A stretch of DNA of 64,000 nucleotides from an uncultured Clostridia bacterium (lineage in GTDB: Bacteria; Bacillota; Clostridia; Christensenellales; CAG-314). The notes below the pieces were generated by a model that made no database searches, was not told where the DNA came from, and saw only the letters and a program-made list of their open reading frames with translations. Positions 37,397 to 48,610 of the stretch are shown here, piece after piece. The first letter of the stretch is position 1; each line of letters opens with the position of its first letter. The stretch spans positions 32,550-96,549 of the forward strand of contig CANRHP010000003.1 of NCBI GenBank assembly GCA_947630455.1, read 5' to 3'. Made by a program: the position numbers and the translations under genes.

Positions 37397-39052
37397 ATGA
37401 GTTATATCGACGAATACAACAAGTGGTGCAAATATGCCACGGATGAGCAAATACAAGCCGAGCTGCGCTCAATGAGCGACGAGGAGCGCAAAGAGGCATT
37501 CGGCGGAGAGCTAAGCTTCGGTACTGCGGGTTTGCGTGGAATAATGACCGCCGGTACCGCACGAATGAATGTATACACCGTGTATCGAGCCACGGAAGGC
37601 TTGGCATGTTACATGGATGCGCACGGTTACAAAAGCTGTGCTATAACCTACGATTCGCGCAACAACAGCAAGCGGTTTTGTGAGTTGGCAAGCGCTACTC
37701 TTGCAGAACACGGTATCAAGGTTTATCTTACGCCGGAATGTATGCCGACGCCATTTTTGTCCTTTATGGTGAGGACTCTGCACTGCAGCATGGGCGTTAA
37801 TGTGACCGCCAGCCACAATCCCGCCGAGTACAATGGTTACAAGGTGTACGACTCAAGCGGCTGTCAGTTGTTGGATGATGACGCCGGTGAGGTGACGCGT
37901 TACATCGCCGCAGTTCAGCTGTTTGAAAAACCGCTGCCCGATATAAAAAAATATGAGGGCAAGCTTGTGCAGTACACCGACAAATTGTTGGAGGAAATGT
38001 ATATCGACCGCGTGCTGCGCGAAGGACCGGGAGCTTCACTCGGAGCGCTCAATGTAGTCTACACGCCTTTGAACGGAGCCGGCTATCGCGTTGTTCCCGA
38101 GACGCTTTCCCGCGCGGGTCTGTTGAATCTGACAACGGTGCCCGAACAGGCTGTTCCCAACGGAGATTTCCCTACCTGTCCCTATCCCAATCCCGAAAAG
38201 GCGGAAACGTTGACGCTCGCCAAACAGCTTGCATTCTCCCGCTGTGCCGATCTGATTATTGCAAACGATCCCGACTGCGACAGACTCGGTGCAGCCGCGT
38301 GGGACGGTAAGGATTTTCGTCAGCTCACAGGCAACGAGGTAGGCGTGTTGCTTGCCGATTACATATTGTCGACGCTCAAAAGGAAGGGTAAGCTTCCCGC
38401 CGCACCCGTACTGGTCAAAACAATAGTTACCACTCCCATGCTGGACGCGCTTGCGGCAGAGTATGGCGCCGAAGTGAGAGACGTACTGACAGGGTTTAAA
38501 TATATAGGTAATGTAATCGGCAAGTTGGAACTGCAGGGGTGTGTTGGGCGCTATGTGTTCGGCTTTGAGGAAAGCTGCGGCTATCTCAAGGGCAGCTATG
38601 TGCGCGATAAGGACGGCGTAATAGCGGCGCTGCTCATCGCCGAGTGTGCGGCAAGCCTGAAGTCACAAGGTAAAACGCTGACCGACAGGCTTGCAGAGCT
38701 CTATGACAAATTCGGTCACTATCTGCAGCTGACCGTCAGTTACCGTTTTGACGGTCTCAGCGGCGCCGAGGTCAAGCAGAAGCTGCTCAACAAATTGCGC
38801 GCCGAGCCCTTCGCAACACTGGGCGACAGTCCCGTCACGGACATCTGCGACTTCTTGAGTCAAACAAAATATGACTTGCCCAAAGCGGACGTGCTGAGAC
38901 TGCGCAGCGTCGACGGCAGTCAGTTGATAGTACGTCCCAGCGGTACGGAGCCTCTTATCAAGTGCTATATCACCGTCAAGGGAGACGAATCCGGCAATCG
39001 TACGCGTTATGAGGCAATCAAAGCACAAACAGATAAATTTTTCGGAGCATAA
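37397..39052 (+). CDS. Phosphoglucomutase/phosphomannomutase family protein
   Basis: Active-site motif TASHNPAEYNGYKV, a DPDCDR metal loop and RPSGTEP near the C-terminus. Confidence 0.9.
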   Translation: MSYIDEYNKWCKYATDEQIQAELRSMSDEERKEAFGGELSFGTAGLRGIMTAGTARMNVYTVYRATEGLACYMDAHGYKSCAITYDSRNNSKRFCELASATLAEHGIKVYLTPECMPTPFLSFMVRTLHCSMGVNVTASHNPAEYNGYKVYDSSGCQLLDDDAGEVTRYIAAVQLFEKPLPDIKKYEGKLVQYTDKLLEEMYIDRVLREGPGASLGALNVVYTPLNGAGYRVVPETLSRAGLLNLTTVPEQAVPNGDFPTCPYPNPEKAETLTLAKQLAFSRCADLIIANDPDCDRLGAAAWDGKDFRQLTGNEVGVLLADYILSTLKRKGKLPAAPVLVKTIVTTPMLDALAAEYGAEVRDVLTGFKYIGNVIGKLELQGCVGRYVFGFEESCGYLKGSYVRDKDGVIAALLIAECAASLKSQGKTLTDRLAELYDKFGHYLQLTVSYRFDGLSGAEVKQKLLNKLRAEPFATLGDSPVTDICDFLSQTKYDLPKADVLRLRSVDGSQLIVRPSGTEPLIKCYITVKGDESGNRTRYEAIKAQTDKFFGA

Positions 39053-39055
39053 GAT

Positions 39056-39691
39056 ATGAAAACAAAATTTACAACGCTTAATGTGGTTACAACTGCCTTG
39101 CTTGCTGCCATCGCGGTGATTATGGCGAGCGTGTTTCACGCTTTCGGAGACGTAGCTTTATCGTCGCTGTTCAGTCCGATGCATTTTCCCGTGTTGTTGT
39201 GCGGTATTCTGTGCGGACCTTATCTCGGGCTAATTTGCGGCGTAGTAACTCCGCTTGTTTCCTTTTTGTCTACCGGTGGGGCACGGCCGCCCTTTCCTGC
39301 GCAGCTTATCCCAATGATATTTGAGTTGGCAATGTACGGATTTATTGCGGGTCTCATGCGTTGGGTTTTTCTCAAAAATACCAAGACGAACCGTTTTGCA
39401 TCCGTTTTGGCACTGGTGATCGCTATGATTGCGGGGCGCCTGTTAAATGCATTTGTCGGCGCCTTCTTCATGATAGACAACGTCAACAACTATTTTGTCG
39501 CTTTGGGAACAAAGATTCTCGGCAATTTTACGTCTACATGGGCGGGAATCATTCTGCAATTGGTATTGATTCCTCTGATTTTGTTTGCACTGCAACGCGG
39601 CGGCATACTTATCAAGTATCTTCCGGACACTCCTACAGCGCAAAAACATAGGCAAGACGACGAAAAATCTGCCGAGACAGTAGACGATTAG
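39056..39691 (+). CDS. ECF-transporter S-component-like membrane protein
   Basis: About six TM helices with the architecture of an ECF substrate-capture subunit. No A or T components lie adjacent. Confidence 0.5.
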   Translation: MKTKFTTLNVVTTALLAAIAVIMASVFHAFGDVALSSLFSPMHFPVLLCGILCGPYLGLICGVVTPLVSFLSTGGARPPFPAQLIPMIFELAMYGFIAGLMRWVFLKNTKTNRFASVLALVIAMIAGRLLNAFVGAFFMIDNVNNYFVALGTKILGNFTSTWAGIILQLVLIPLILFALQRGGILIKYLPDTPTAQKHRQDDEKSAETVDD

Positions 39692-39779
39692 ATGTTCAAA
39701 TCATTTGACACACCATAGGTGATATGTTATGATGAAATTGGTTCAATTTGGAACTAAATTTTGATAAAGAGGAAAAGCG

Positions 39780-42700
39780 ATGCTTGAATTAAAGCAAATT
39801 GTCAAAGACTATCCCGTGGCAAACACCGTTGTACATGCCTTGAAGGGAGTTGATTTGCAATTTCGCAGTAAGGAATTCGTGTCTATTTTGGGACCGAGCG
39901 GCTGCGGCAAAACAACACTGCTCAATATCATCGGAGGCTTGGACAAGTACACGACGGGAGATCTTATCATTGATGGAGTATCCACCAAGGATTACAAAGA
40001 TCGCGATTGGGATACTTACCGCAACCACACGATAGGCTTTGTTTTTCAAACCTACAACTTGATTCCGCATCAGACGGTGCTTAAGAACGTTGAATTGGCG
40101 TTGACGCTTGCCGGTGTTCCCAAGTCGGAGCGTAAACCACGCGCGGAGGAGGCGCTTCGCAAAGTGGGGTTGGGCGAGCATATACACAAACGTCCCAATC
40201 AGCTTTCCGGCGGACAGATGCAGCGCGTGGCAATTGCCCGCGCATTGGTCAATGAACCGGGAATTATTCTTGCGGACGAGCCCACCGGCGCATTGGATAC
40301 GGAAACCGGTATCCAAATTATGGAATTGCTCAAGAAAATGTCCCAAGATCGACTTGTGATTATGGTGACGCACAATCCCGAGCTTGCGCAAAAGTACTCC
40401 TCGCGAATAATAAGGATACTGGACGGAGAAATCGTAGACGACAGCAAGCCCGTTACGGAGAGTGAATTGCAGCAAGAGCGCGAGCTTGAAATGCGCCTGC
40501 GCGAGGTTCCCGAGCCGTCCGCCTGCGTCACATCGGAGCAAACGCAGCCCGAAGCCGAGACAGCGGAATCCGTTTCTCTCGCAGTGCAGCACAAAAAGCG
40601 CAAAAAAGGCACACGAGGTAGAAAAAAACGCTCCTCAATGTCCTTTTGGACGGCGTTTAAGCTATCGCTCAACAATTTGTTTACAAAAAAGGGCAGAACG
40701 GTTCTGACCTCCTTTGCAGGGAGCATAGGTATCATCGGTATTGCGTTGATACTTTCCGTTTCGCAGGGCATGACCAACTACATAAATTTAGTGGAGGAGC
40801 AGACCCTTTCCGGTTACCCGTTGACTATCGAGGCTACCGCTATGGATCTGACTGCCATGATGCAAAACATGATGGATACGCAGCAGGACAAGCCGACGCA
40901 TGACAGAGATCAAATATACAAGCGTTCTATGATATACGATCTTGTAAATATGGTTTCCGGCTCCGCGCAGAAGTCCAACGATCTTCGATCCTTCAAAAAA
41001 TTTATAGTGGATGAGGTCGCGAAGGAGGAAAGTCCTCTTCACGACGCCATTGCGGGACTTTCTTACAGCTACAATCTCAATCTAAATGTCTACACCAAGA
41101 ACGTCGACGGTGAGATTATAGAATGCAATGTGGGCAACCTCATGCGGGAATTGCTGAGTATCTATCTGGAAAACGTTGAAGCGTCTACCGGGCAGTACTA
41201 TATGGGGCTGAGCAATTTCAGCATGGATATATGGCAGGAAATGCTGTCCGGCAACGACGGAAGTCTCGTCAACGATCTGATAAAGGATCAGTATGATTTG
41301 ATAGATGGAAAATGGCCCGAAGCGTACAACGAAGTTGTGCTTATTGCCAACAGCAACAACGAAATCAGCGATGTGGCTCTCTATGCCCTGGGTTTGATCG
41401 GTCAGGACTATGTCGACGCAGTAGCGGACGCCATCCGTGACAACACCAAGGTGCAGGATCCGGGCACCTACAACAATTGGAGCTATGAGGATATTTGCAA
41501 GACCGAAGCCACTGTTATTCTCGACTCCTCCTGCTACAGCAAGGTGGGAGATGTGTGGACGGATATGCGCGAGGTGGAGGGCACGCTCGGCATGTTGTAC
41601 AACAACGGTCTCAAAATAAAAATTTGCGGAATAATACGTCCCAATCCCGACGCGACGGCGCACATGCTGAGCGGAACGATAGGCTACACCAAGGCTCTCA
41701 CGGAGTATGTTGTGAAGGAAGCCGAAAAATCCGAGGCTGTCCAAGCGCAAAAGGCGGACGACAAGGTGGATATTTTTACCGGTTTACCCTTCGCTTCCGG
41801 CGCAAAGACGCTTTCCAATGCAGACAAAAAGCGTGAGTTTGTCGAGCATTTTGAGCATTTGCCCGTCGGCGGCACGGTAACGGCTGCAAGCAAAAAACAT
41901 GATTTTGCACAAATGGTTGCTTTGGACAATATGCAAACCATCGAACAAACGGCGGACGCTCAGCTTGAAGCCTTTGCCGCAAGCGGTATGCTAAAAACGA
42001 TGATCGCCAATATGATGGCGCAGCAGTTCGGCGTACCGGCAGAAACTATCACGGGCTATCTTGAAGCTATGACGGATGATCAGATAAAAGAAATGGTGCG
42101 TCCGAGCATGGTGGAAATGCAAAAAGAACAATATGTCGCACAGCGTTGGGCAGAGTTCACCCAATTGTCGGACGAAGAATTCGAAGAGCGCGTTTCGGCG
42201 TATTTCGAAAAGGCTACGGAAGAACAATTTGCGGTGTACTATGATGAAATACTGGAATTCAGCGAGGCGACTTACGAGGGCAATCTGGAATTGTTGGGCA
42301 GCGTGGATCTCGACAAGCCCGTTGCGATAAACATATATGCTTCCAGCTTCGAGGCAAAGGATATTATAGCCGCCGAAATCGAACGCTACAACCAAGAGAT
42401 CGCCGACAAGGATCAGCAAATAACCTATACCGATTTGGTCGCATTGGTGATGACCGCCGTGACGACTATCGTCAATGCCGTAACCTACGTGCTTATTGCG
42501 TTTGTCGCTATCTCTTTGATCGTTTCGTCTATAATGATTGGCGTGATTACCCTCATTTCTGTGCAGGAACGCACAAAGGAAATAGGAATTTTGCGAGCTA
42601 TCGGCGCATCAAAACGAGATGTCAGCAGTATGTTCAATGCCGAAACCATTATTATAGGCTTTGCCGCCGGATTGGTGGGCATTGTTGCCACATATCTGTT

Positions 42701-42884
42701 GTGCATTCCTATAAATATTATTTTGCATATGTTGACCGGTATTGCAGGACTAAACGCGGTTCTTCCCCCGCTTGCGGCGTTGATACTTGTGGCGATCAGC
42801 GTGGTTTTGACGTTATTCTCGGGATTGATCCCCTCTCGTTCGGCAGCTAAAAAGGATCCCGTTGTCGCGCTTCGCACCGAATAG
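39780..42884 (+). CDS. Fused ABC transporter ATPase plus FtsX/MacB-type permease
   Basis: Walker [10 protein letters not shown], signature LSGGQMQR and Walker B ILADEPT. A long extracytoplasmic region is followed by a C-terminal FtsX-like 3-TM bundle. Confidence 0.85.
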   Translation: MLELKQIVKDYPVANTVVHALKGVDLQFRSKEFVSILGPSGCGKTTLLNIIGGLDKYTTGDLIIDGVSTKDYKDRDWDTYRNHTIGFVFQTYNLIPHQTVLKNVELALTLAGVPKSERKPRAEEALRKVGLGEHIHKRPNQLSGGQMQRVAIARALVNEPGIILADEPTGALDTETGIQIMELLKKMSQDRLVIMVTHNPELAQKYSSRIIRILDGEIVDDSKPVTESELQQERELEMRLREVPEPSACVTSEQTQPEAETAESVSLAVQHKKRKKGTRGRKKRSSMSFWTAFKLSLNNLFTKKGRTVLTSFAGSIGIIGIALILSVSQGMTNYINLVEEQTLSGYPLTIEATAMDLTAMMQNMMDTQQDKPTHDRDQIYKRSMIYDLVNMVSGSAQKSNDLRSFKKFIVDEVAKEESPLHDAIAGLSYSYNLNLNVYTKNVDGEIIECNVGNLMRELLSIYLENVEASTGQYYMGLSNFSMDIWQEMLSGNDGSLVNDLIKDQYDLIDGKWPEAYNEVVLIANSNNEISDVALYALGLIGQDYVDAVADAIRDNTKVQDPGTYNNWSYEDICKTEATVILDSSCYSKVGDVWTDMREVEGTLGMLYNNGLKIKICGIIRPNPDATAHMLSGTIGYTKALTEYVVKEAEKSEAVQAQKADDKVDIFTGLPFASGAKTLSNADKKREFVEHFEHLPVGGTVTAASKKHDFAQMVALDNMQTIEQTADAQLEAFAASGMLKTMIANMMAQQFGVPAETITGYLEAMTDDQIKEMVRPSMVEMQKEQYVAQRWAEFTQLSDEEFEERVSAYFEKATEEQFAVYYDEILEFSEATYEGNLELLGSVDLDKPVAINIYASSFEAKDIIAAEIERYNQEIADKDQQITYTDLVALVMTAVTTIVNAVTYVLIAFVAISLIVSSIMIGVITLISVQERTKEIGILRAIGASKRDVSSMFNAETIIIGFAAGLVGIVATYLLCIPINIILHMLTGIAGLNAVLPPLAALILVAISVVLTLFSGLIPSRSAAKKDPVVALRTE

Positions 42885-43211
42885 TGCAATCAAATTCTCG
42901 GAGACGTTTTGCTGCCGATAGCGAAAAACGGCTCCAACGGCGATAAAATGTCATCGGCAGATGCGGTTCGAGACAGCTTCGCTGTCAAAGCAAGGCTTTG
43001 TATGTGCTGTGTTCTGAATGTAAACAGAGGTTGTACGAGCTTTATACTATATTGGACAATTTGCGGATACAATGCACACAGCCCATCTCTACAGCCTGGC
43101 AGCCTATTCTTTGTCGATTATTCGGTACTGCAAATTGACAAACGGTCTTTTGTCAAGTCCGATTTGATATAAATAATCAGACATAAAATTTTTAAATATC
43201 GGAGGTTAGTT

Positions 43212-44237
43212 ATGCAGATTCGCTCCAGAGCTCCGCTCAGAATCGGTTTCGCAGGTGGCGGCACGGATTTGACAAGCTACAGCAGCAAGTACGGCGGCTG
43301 CGTATTTAACGCAACAGTGGGAATGTACTCTTACTGTACCATAATTCCCACAAATGACGGAAAGATACGCTTTGTTGCGCCGGACAGAGGTGAGAGTGTA
43401 GAAATTGATTCCGTTCCATATATCGAACCGAGCGAACCTCTCATACTACACAAGGGTGTATACAACCGAATTGTAAAGCAGTTTAACGGTGGAAAACCGC
43501 TCTCGTTATTTATGAGTACAAGCTCCGATGCGCCTCCGGGCTCAGGACTCGGCACTTCTTCAACCATGGTGGTGGCGATACTCGAAGCCTACAATCGTTG
43601 GCTTAATCTCAAATTATCCGAATACAGTCTTGCGCGTCTTGCCTACGAAATCGAGCGCGAGGACCTTAATCTCAAGGGCGGCAAGCAGGATCAGTATGCT
43701 GCCGTATTCGGAGGCTTCAATTTCATGGAGTTTAACACCGACGGCAGCGTTATAGTCAATGGACTCAGGGTGGACAAGCATATCATCTATGAGTTGGAGT
43801 GTTCTCTTTTGCTGTTCTTCAGCGGTAAAAGTCACGATTCTTCCAAGGTCATTTCGCAGCAAATTGCCAACGCCGCCAACAATCAAGTACAAACCGTCGA
43901 TGCTATGAACAGTATCAAGCAAGCGGCAGTGAAAATGAAGGATGCCGTCCTCAGGGGCGACGTAAAACAGGTCGGCGCCATCCTCAACGAGGGGTGGGAA
44001 CAAAAGAAGCGTACATCTTCCGTTGTTACAAACAGCGAGATAGACAGCTTGATAGAATACGCAAAGGCAAACGGCGCCGAAGCGGTCAAGCTCTCGGGTG
44101 CGGGCGGAGGCGGTTTTATATTGATGTACTGTGACCCTATCAACAGACAAAAACTGTTGAACGCTCTCAAACAGTTGAAGGGAGATGTTTTCCCCGTCAA
44201 GTTTTGCAAAGAGGGCGCAGAGAGCTGGACAGTATGA
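43212..44237 (+). CDS. hddA: GHMP kinase, D-glycero-alpha-D-manno-heptose-7-phosphate kinase-like
   Basis: RAPLRIGFAGGGTDL N-terminus and the GHMP motif PPGSGLGTSSTMVVA. Gene context also includes gmhA, gmhB and hddC functions. Confidence 0.75.
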   Translation: MQIRSRAPLRIGFAGGGTDLTSYSSKYGGCVFNATVGMYSYCTIIPTNDGKIRFVAPDRGESVEIDSVPYIEPSEPLILHKGVYNRIVKQFNGGKPLSLFMSTSSDAPPGSGLGTSSTMVVAILEAYNRWLNLKLSEYSLARLAYEIEREDLNLKGGKQDQYAAVFGGFNFMEFNTDGSVIVNGLRVDKHIIYELECSLLLFFSGKSHDSSKVISQQIANAANNQVQTVDAMNSIKQAAVKMKDAVLRGDVKQVGAILNEGWEQKKRTSSVVTNSEIDSLIEYAKANGAEAVKLSGAGGGGFILMYCDPINRQKLLNALKQLKGDVFPVKFCKEGAESWTV

Positions 44238-45526
44238 ATACGGCGGTAATCATGGCAGGCGGCAAAGGTACCCGCCTTTCCTCAGTAACAGGGAACGAAA
44301 TCCCCAAGCCTATGGTAAGGGTGGCAGGTGTACCCATTCTCGAACGGCAGATCCTGACCCTTAAAGGCTGCGGAATATCGCAATTCTATATAGTTGTAGG
44401 GCATTTAAAGGAAAAGATTTGCGAATATTTCGGCGACGGGAGTGGCTTTGGCGTAGAAATTATCTATATTATTGAAAATGAGCCTCTCGGATCGGCAGGC
44501 GCGCTGTATTATCTGAAGGGAAAAATTTCGGACGATTTTTTGCTTGTATTCGGCGACACGGTATTTGATGTGGATATATGGAAGCTGGTTTCCTACCACA
44601 AGAAAAAGGGCGCCGCGCTTACGCTGCTTGCTCACCCCAATTCCCATCCTTACGACAGCGATCTGTTGGTTGTGGACGCTTCTTGCCGAGTGACGGCTTT
44701 GCTTGGTAAAAACGAGCCTCGCGGCGATTATTTTAATTTGGTAAATGCCGCTTTCTTTGTGGTTTCGCCGAGTGTATTAGGCGAGATCGACGCGCCGATA
44801 TGCCTCGACATGGAGAGGGATCTGGTTCGCCGTCGAATAGAAAGCAGCAATGATGTTTTTGCCTACATCACCACCGAATATGTCAAGGATGTAGGTACTG
44901 TTGACCGTCTCGAATCGGTGAGTAAGGATATTGTAAACGGCACAGTAGCGGCACGAAATTCGAAGCGTAAGCAACGGTGTATATTTCTCGATCGCGACGG
45001 AACGATAAATGTATATGAGGATTTTGTTAAAACTCCCGATCAATTGAAGCTGCTTCCTCGTGCGGCGGAAGCAATATCCATGATAAATCGCAGCGGGTAT
45101 CTCGCGGTGATAGTGACAAATCAACCGGTGCTTGCTCGCGGCGACGTCACGCCAAGCGGTATGGTGGCGATACAGCGCCGTCTCGAAACGCTGCTCGGCA
45201 ACAACGGCGCATACGTTGACGCAACCTATTTGTGTCCTCATCATCCCGCCAAAGGGTTCGTTGGGGAAATTCCGGAGCTCAAAATCGACTGTGACTGTCG
45301 TAAGCCCAAGCCCGGCTTGTTTTATAAGGCGGCGGAAGAGCTGTCCATTGATCTTACAAGCTCCTATTGCGTCGGAGATTCATGGCGGGATGTCGCTGCC
45401 GGACGGGCTGCGGGTTGTCATACAATACGCGTCACTTGCGGCGAGTCCTTTCATGACGGTCACGATGATGCGGAGGTTGTCTGTGCGGATCTGTACGAAG
45501 CGGTTAAATATATTTTAGATAGGTGA
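44234..45526 (+). CDS. Bifunctional sugar-1-phosphate nucleotidyltransferase (HddC-like) / D,D-heptose-1,7-bisphosphate phosphatase (GmhB-like)
   Basis: N-terminus VIMAGGKGTRLSSVTG...PKPMV. The C-terminal HAD domain has FLDRDGTIN and the Zn-loop CPHHP...CDCRKPKPG. ATGA overlap with hddA. Confidence 0.75.
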   Translation: MNTAVIMAGGKGTRLSSVTGNEIPKPMVRVAGVPILERQILTLKGCGISQFYIVVGHLKEKICEYFGDGSGFGVEIIYIIENEPLGSAGALYYLKGKISDDFLLVFGDTVFDVDIWKLVSYHKKKGAALTLLAHPNSHPYDSDLLVVDASCRVTALLGKNEPRGDYFNLVNAAFFVVSPSVLGEIDAPICLDMERDLVRRRIESSNDVFAYITTEYVKDVGTVDRLESVSKDIVNGTVAARNSKRKQRCIFLDRDGTINVYEDFVKTPDQLKLLPRAAEAISMINRSGYLAVIVTNQPVLARGDVTPSGMVAIQRRLETLLGNNGAYVDATYLCPHHPAKGFVGEIPELKIDCDCRKPKPGLFYKAAEELSIDLTSSYCVGDSWRDVAAGRAAGCHTIRVTCGESFHDGHDDAEVVCADLYEAVKYILDR

Positions 45527-45530
45527 TATA

Positions 45531-46175
45531 ATGAACAATTCGCAACAAATATATGAGAAATTTTTTGCCTCTCATCCAGAGCTTGTATCTATGAGCCATA
45601 CCGTTGAGGACTGCGTGCGTATGCTCAAGGAAATGGCGCTTGCAGACAAAAAGTTGCTGCTGTGCGGCAACGGAGGAAGCAATGCCGACTGCGAGCATAT
45701 TGCTGGTGAGCTGCTCAAATCCTTTATCCTTCCGCGCAGAATAGAACCGTCTCTTAGCGCGCAGCTCGAAGGCGAATACGGTAGTGAAGGAAAGGATATT
45801 GCCGCCAATTTACAGCGCGGCGTCAAATGCGTCCCGCTGACCTCATTTTCCGCCTTTCACACGGCGTTTGCAAACGACTGCGACGGAAAATATGCTTTTG
45901 CCCAGCTTGTCAACGTGTTGGGAGAGCGTGGAGATGTGCTGATAGCCATTTCCACCTCGGGTAATTCGAAAAACGTATTGCTTGCCGCTAAAGTTGCGCG
46001 CATACTCGGGCTAAAGGTGATAGGCTTTACCGGAGAGAACGGCGGCCGCTTGGCGGAATATTGCGACATTCTTCTCAATGCTCCGGTAAACGAAACTTAC
46101 CGAGTGCAGGAATATCACGAGTGTCTGTATCATCTTATTTGTCTGGCACTCGAAAGCGAGTTGTATCATGAGTGA
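45531..46175 (+). CDS. gmhA: SIS-domain phosphoheptose isomerase
   Basis: LLLCGNGGSNADCEHIAGEL and ISTSGNSKNV are typical of GmhA. Confidence 0.8.
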   Translation: MNNSQQIYEKFFASHPELVSMSHTVEDCVRMLKEMALADKKLLLCGNGGSNADCEHIAGELLKSFILPRRIEPSLSAQLEGEYGSEGKDIAANLQRGVKCVPLTSFSAFHTAFANDCDGKYAFAQLVNVLGERGDVLIAISTSGNSKNVLLAAKVARILGLKVIGFTGENGGRLAEYCDILLNAPVNETYRVQEYHECLYHLICLALESELYHE

Positions 46176-47394
46176 TGCCGTTGCTCTCTTCGAAGCCGAA
46201 GCAGAGGACAACAGAAAAATTCGTATATTAGCCGCAATGGACATTTATCTGCCGATGATGGACGGCGTTGTAAACTGCATGCACAAGCTTATGCTTTCTT
46301 ATCCGTCGGAAGTAAGTGCTATTGCGGTCGGTCCCAAAGCAAAAAATCACGTTGACGACTATCCTTATCCTATTCGCAGGTATCGTTCTTTCCGTGTGCC
46401 ATTTACGAAGGTGGATTTCGGTTTTCCTTCTCACGACAAGGCGTTTGTGAACGAATTGATGCATATGGATATCGACCTCATTCATATTCATTCGCCTTTC
46501 GGTATATGTAAGCTGCTCACCAAGATAGCTAAAAAACGCAACATTCCCATAGTCGCCACTTTTCACACAAACTATCGCTACGTTTTCAAGCGTATACTTT
46601 TGTTGAAATGCTTTTACGAGCCCTATATTCGCACGCTGGGCAAGCGATACGGTCGAATGGATAAGGTGTTCGCGGGAACGGAAGCTACCGAGGCGCAGCT
46701 TCGCAGCTTCGGCTATAAGGGCGATTGCGTCATTGTTCCGTTCGGCACATCCTTTATTCCGCCCGACGACTATCTGATTTTGCGTGAAAAAGCCGATGCC
46801 CGTTTCGATCTGAAGCCGGAGGAGCATGTATTTTGTTTCGTCGGAAGAACCGTTCGCAGCAAACGCGTTCAATTTACGCTGGACGCGCTGAAAAAGGTTC
46901 GTGATCGCGGATATCATTTTCGTTTTATTGTGGGCGGCACCGGAAATTATTTGAATGCGATAAAGCGAAAGGTAAAAAGGCTCAAATTGGAAGATTGCGT
47001 CACTGTGACGGGATATCTGTCGGAAGAAGAGCTTTCAATGGTATATTGCCGATCGGAGCTGCTGCTCTTTCCATCCATTCTCGACAACTTCGCCTTGGTC
47101 AAGGTGGAGGCGGCAGCGTTCAATACGCCGGGATTGTTTTTGAGAAAATCCAACACGGCGTTCGGCACAACGGATATGCACAATGCGATCCTGTCCGAAA
47201 ATACGGTAGAGGACTTTGCGGATAAAATAATATGGGCTATCGAGCATCCGCGGGAAATGCAAGAAATTGCTCAAAACGCGCGCAAGGAGTTGTATTTCTC
47301 CTGGAAACAATCGGCGGAGCTTTATACGAAAGAGTATCGTAAGGTTATTGCAGAACATAAGGCGAAATGCGCTGCCGGGACGAAAAAAAAGTAA
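46168..47394 (+). CDS. GT4-family glycosyltransferase
   Basis: The C-terminal half has the GT-B/GT4 pattern (FVGR...K...L..A, PS..DNFALVKVEAAAFNTP). Overlaps gmhA. Confidence 0.7.
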   Translation: MSDAVALFEAEAEDNRKIRILAAMDIYLPMMDGVVNCMHKLMLSYPSEVSAIAVGPKAKNHVDDYPYPIRRYRSFRVPFTKVDFGFPSHDKAFVNELMHMDIDLIHIHSPFGICKLLTKIAKKRNIPIVATFHTNYRYVFKRILLLKCFYEPYIRTLGKRYGRMDKVFAGTEATEAQLRSFGYKGDCVIVPFGTSFIPPDDYLILREKADARFDLKPEEHVFCFVGRTVRSKRVQFTLDALKKVRDRGYHFRFIVGGTGNYLNAIKRKVKRLKLEDCVTVTGYLSEEELSMVYCRSELLLFPSILDNFALVKVEAAAFNTPGLFLRKSNTAFGTTDMHNAILSENTVEDFADKIIWAIEHPREMQEIAQNARKELYFSWKQSAELYTKEYRKVIAEHKAKCAAGTKKK

Positions 47395-47447
47395 ATTTTG
47401 TTATTCTTTGTGTGGGCGGTATTGAAAAACAGGGTTTATATTAGTAA

Positions 47448-47482
47448 GCGGTTTGGAAAATATTCCAAGCCGCCTATTTTTT
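47448..47482 (+). terminator. Terminator after the glycosyltransferase gene
   Basis: GCGGTTTGG pairs with CCAAGCCGC, followed by CTATTTTTT. Confidence 0.65.
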
Positions 47483-47623
47483 GTGTTATTGAATACTGTC
47501 GTTTTAGCCCTGTCGGCATGTAGTTTATTTATAAAACAATCTATTTCAGGATAATATTTTTAAGAAATTGATATGAAACAAAATTGTTTCGATGTGTTTT
47601 CAGGGGGGGGGGTATTTTATCTT

Positions 47624-48526
47624 TTAGATGAGCTGTTTGCGAAATTCGCGCGGTGTCATACCGTATTCTCGTTTGAATTGGCGGTTGAAGTAGCTGACAT
47701 TGTTGAAGCCTACGGCGTAGGCAATGCTTGCGATCTCGTCATCTGTGTCACGCAATTGCCGTCCCGCAACGGTTAGACGATAGTTATTGATGTAGTCCAC
47801 GCAGCTTTCGCCGGTGTACTGTTTGAACAGCTTCATCATGTAAAACTCGCTGTAACCGCAGTGGTTTGCAATCTTTTCTATCGTTATTTCGTTCATATAC
47901 TCGCTGCGTATATATTGAAGCGCCTTGCGCACCGTGTACTGTTGCTTATCTTCCACGGTATTTTGTGCCACATTTAACAATCTGTTGTTGTAGATGTGAT
48001 AAAACATCCAGTACAAGTTGGCTTTAATGTCCAGCTCTGCGCCTTCCTGCGATGGATCGCACATCAGTATTGATGTCATGCTTTGATCGAACGGGTGATA
48101 CCAACTGTCCTCTGTGCGTACAACGACGGGCACAGAGTGCTTTTCGTTCAAAAGCGGCGCAAAGTACTTGAGAGTGCATAGATCGGCTTCCCCCGTTTCC
48201 AACAGCCGCAGATTGAACACGATCGCATCTATCTCCATATCGTTGTCGTCAAGTCTGTTGATTGAATGCATCACAAACGGGCGTAGTATAAAGATATCAC
48301 CCATATTAGCCTCGTAGCGATTGCCGTCTACATAAAAAATTCCTTTGCCGCTTTGTACCTTGATTATTTCCATTTCCTCATGCCAATGTATAGGGTAAAA
48401 CGGCAGCATTTCGGATATACTTGTGTGATAGCGTGCAAATGGGAGCAGCGCTGTGCCGTGCACGGTCTTTTCTTTGTACTGCTTGATGTTTGCGCTGTTT
48501 ACCTCATGAAAATCCTGGTATGTCAT
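47624..48526 (-). CDS. AraC-family transcriptional regulator (cupin N-domain plus C-terminal HTH)
   Basis: C-terminus IASIAYAVGFNNVSYFNRQFKREYGMTPREFR. The N-terminal HWHEEMEI segment looks cupin-like. Confidence 0.88.
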   Translation of the reverse strand: MTYQDFHEVNSANIKQYKEKTVHGTALLPFARYHTSISEMLPFYPIHWHEEMEIIKVQSGKGIFYVDGNRYEANMGDIFILRPFVMHSINRLDDNDMEIDAIVFNLRLLETGEADLCTLKYFAPLLNEKHSVPVVVRTEDSWYHPFDQSMTSILMCDPSQEGAELDIKANLYWMFYHIYNNRLLNVAQNTVEDKQQYTVRKALQYIRSEYMNEITIEKIANHCGYSEFYMMKLFKQYTGESCVDYINNYRLTVAGRQLRDTDDEIASIAYAVGFNNVSYFNRQFKREYGMTPREFRKQLI

Positions 48527-48610
48527 ATTGTTTCCTCGTCTACATTATACACAAAATCTTGTTTTTTGCAAACAAAGTAAGCAAAGAAAACAGTATTGTG
48601 TTAGTTTCTC

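Noticed and set aside
42885-43211. A 327-bp spacer upstream of the heptose cluster with a long imperfect stem (CTGCCGAT...ATCGGCAG), considered as a riboswitch.
   Set aside because: It does not resemble any riboswitch class I know and has no terminator or anti-terminator alternative pairing. The 60-aa minus-strand ORF (42890-43072) lacks an SD and has no recognisable motifs.
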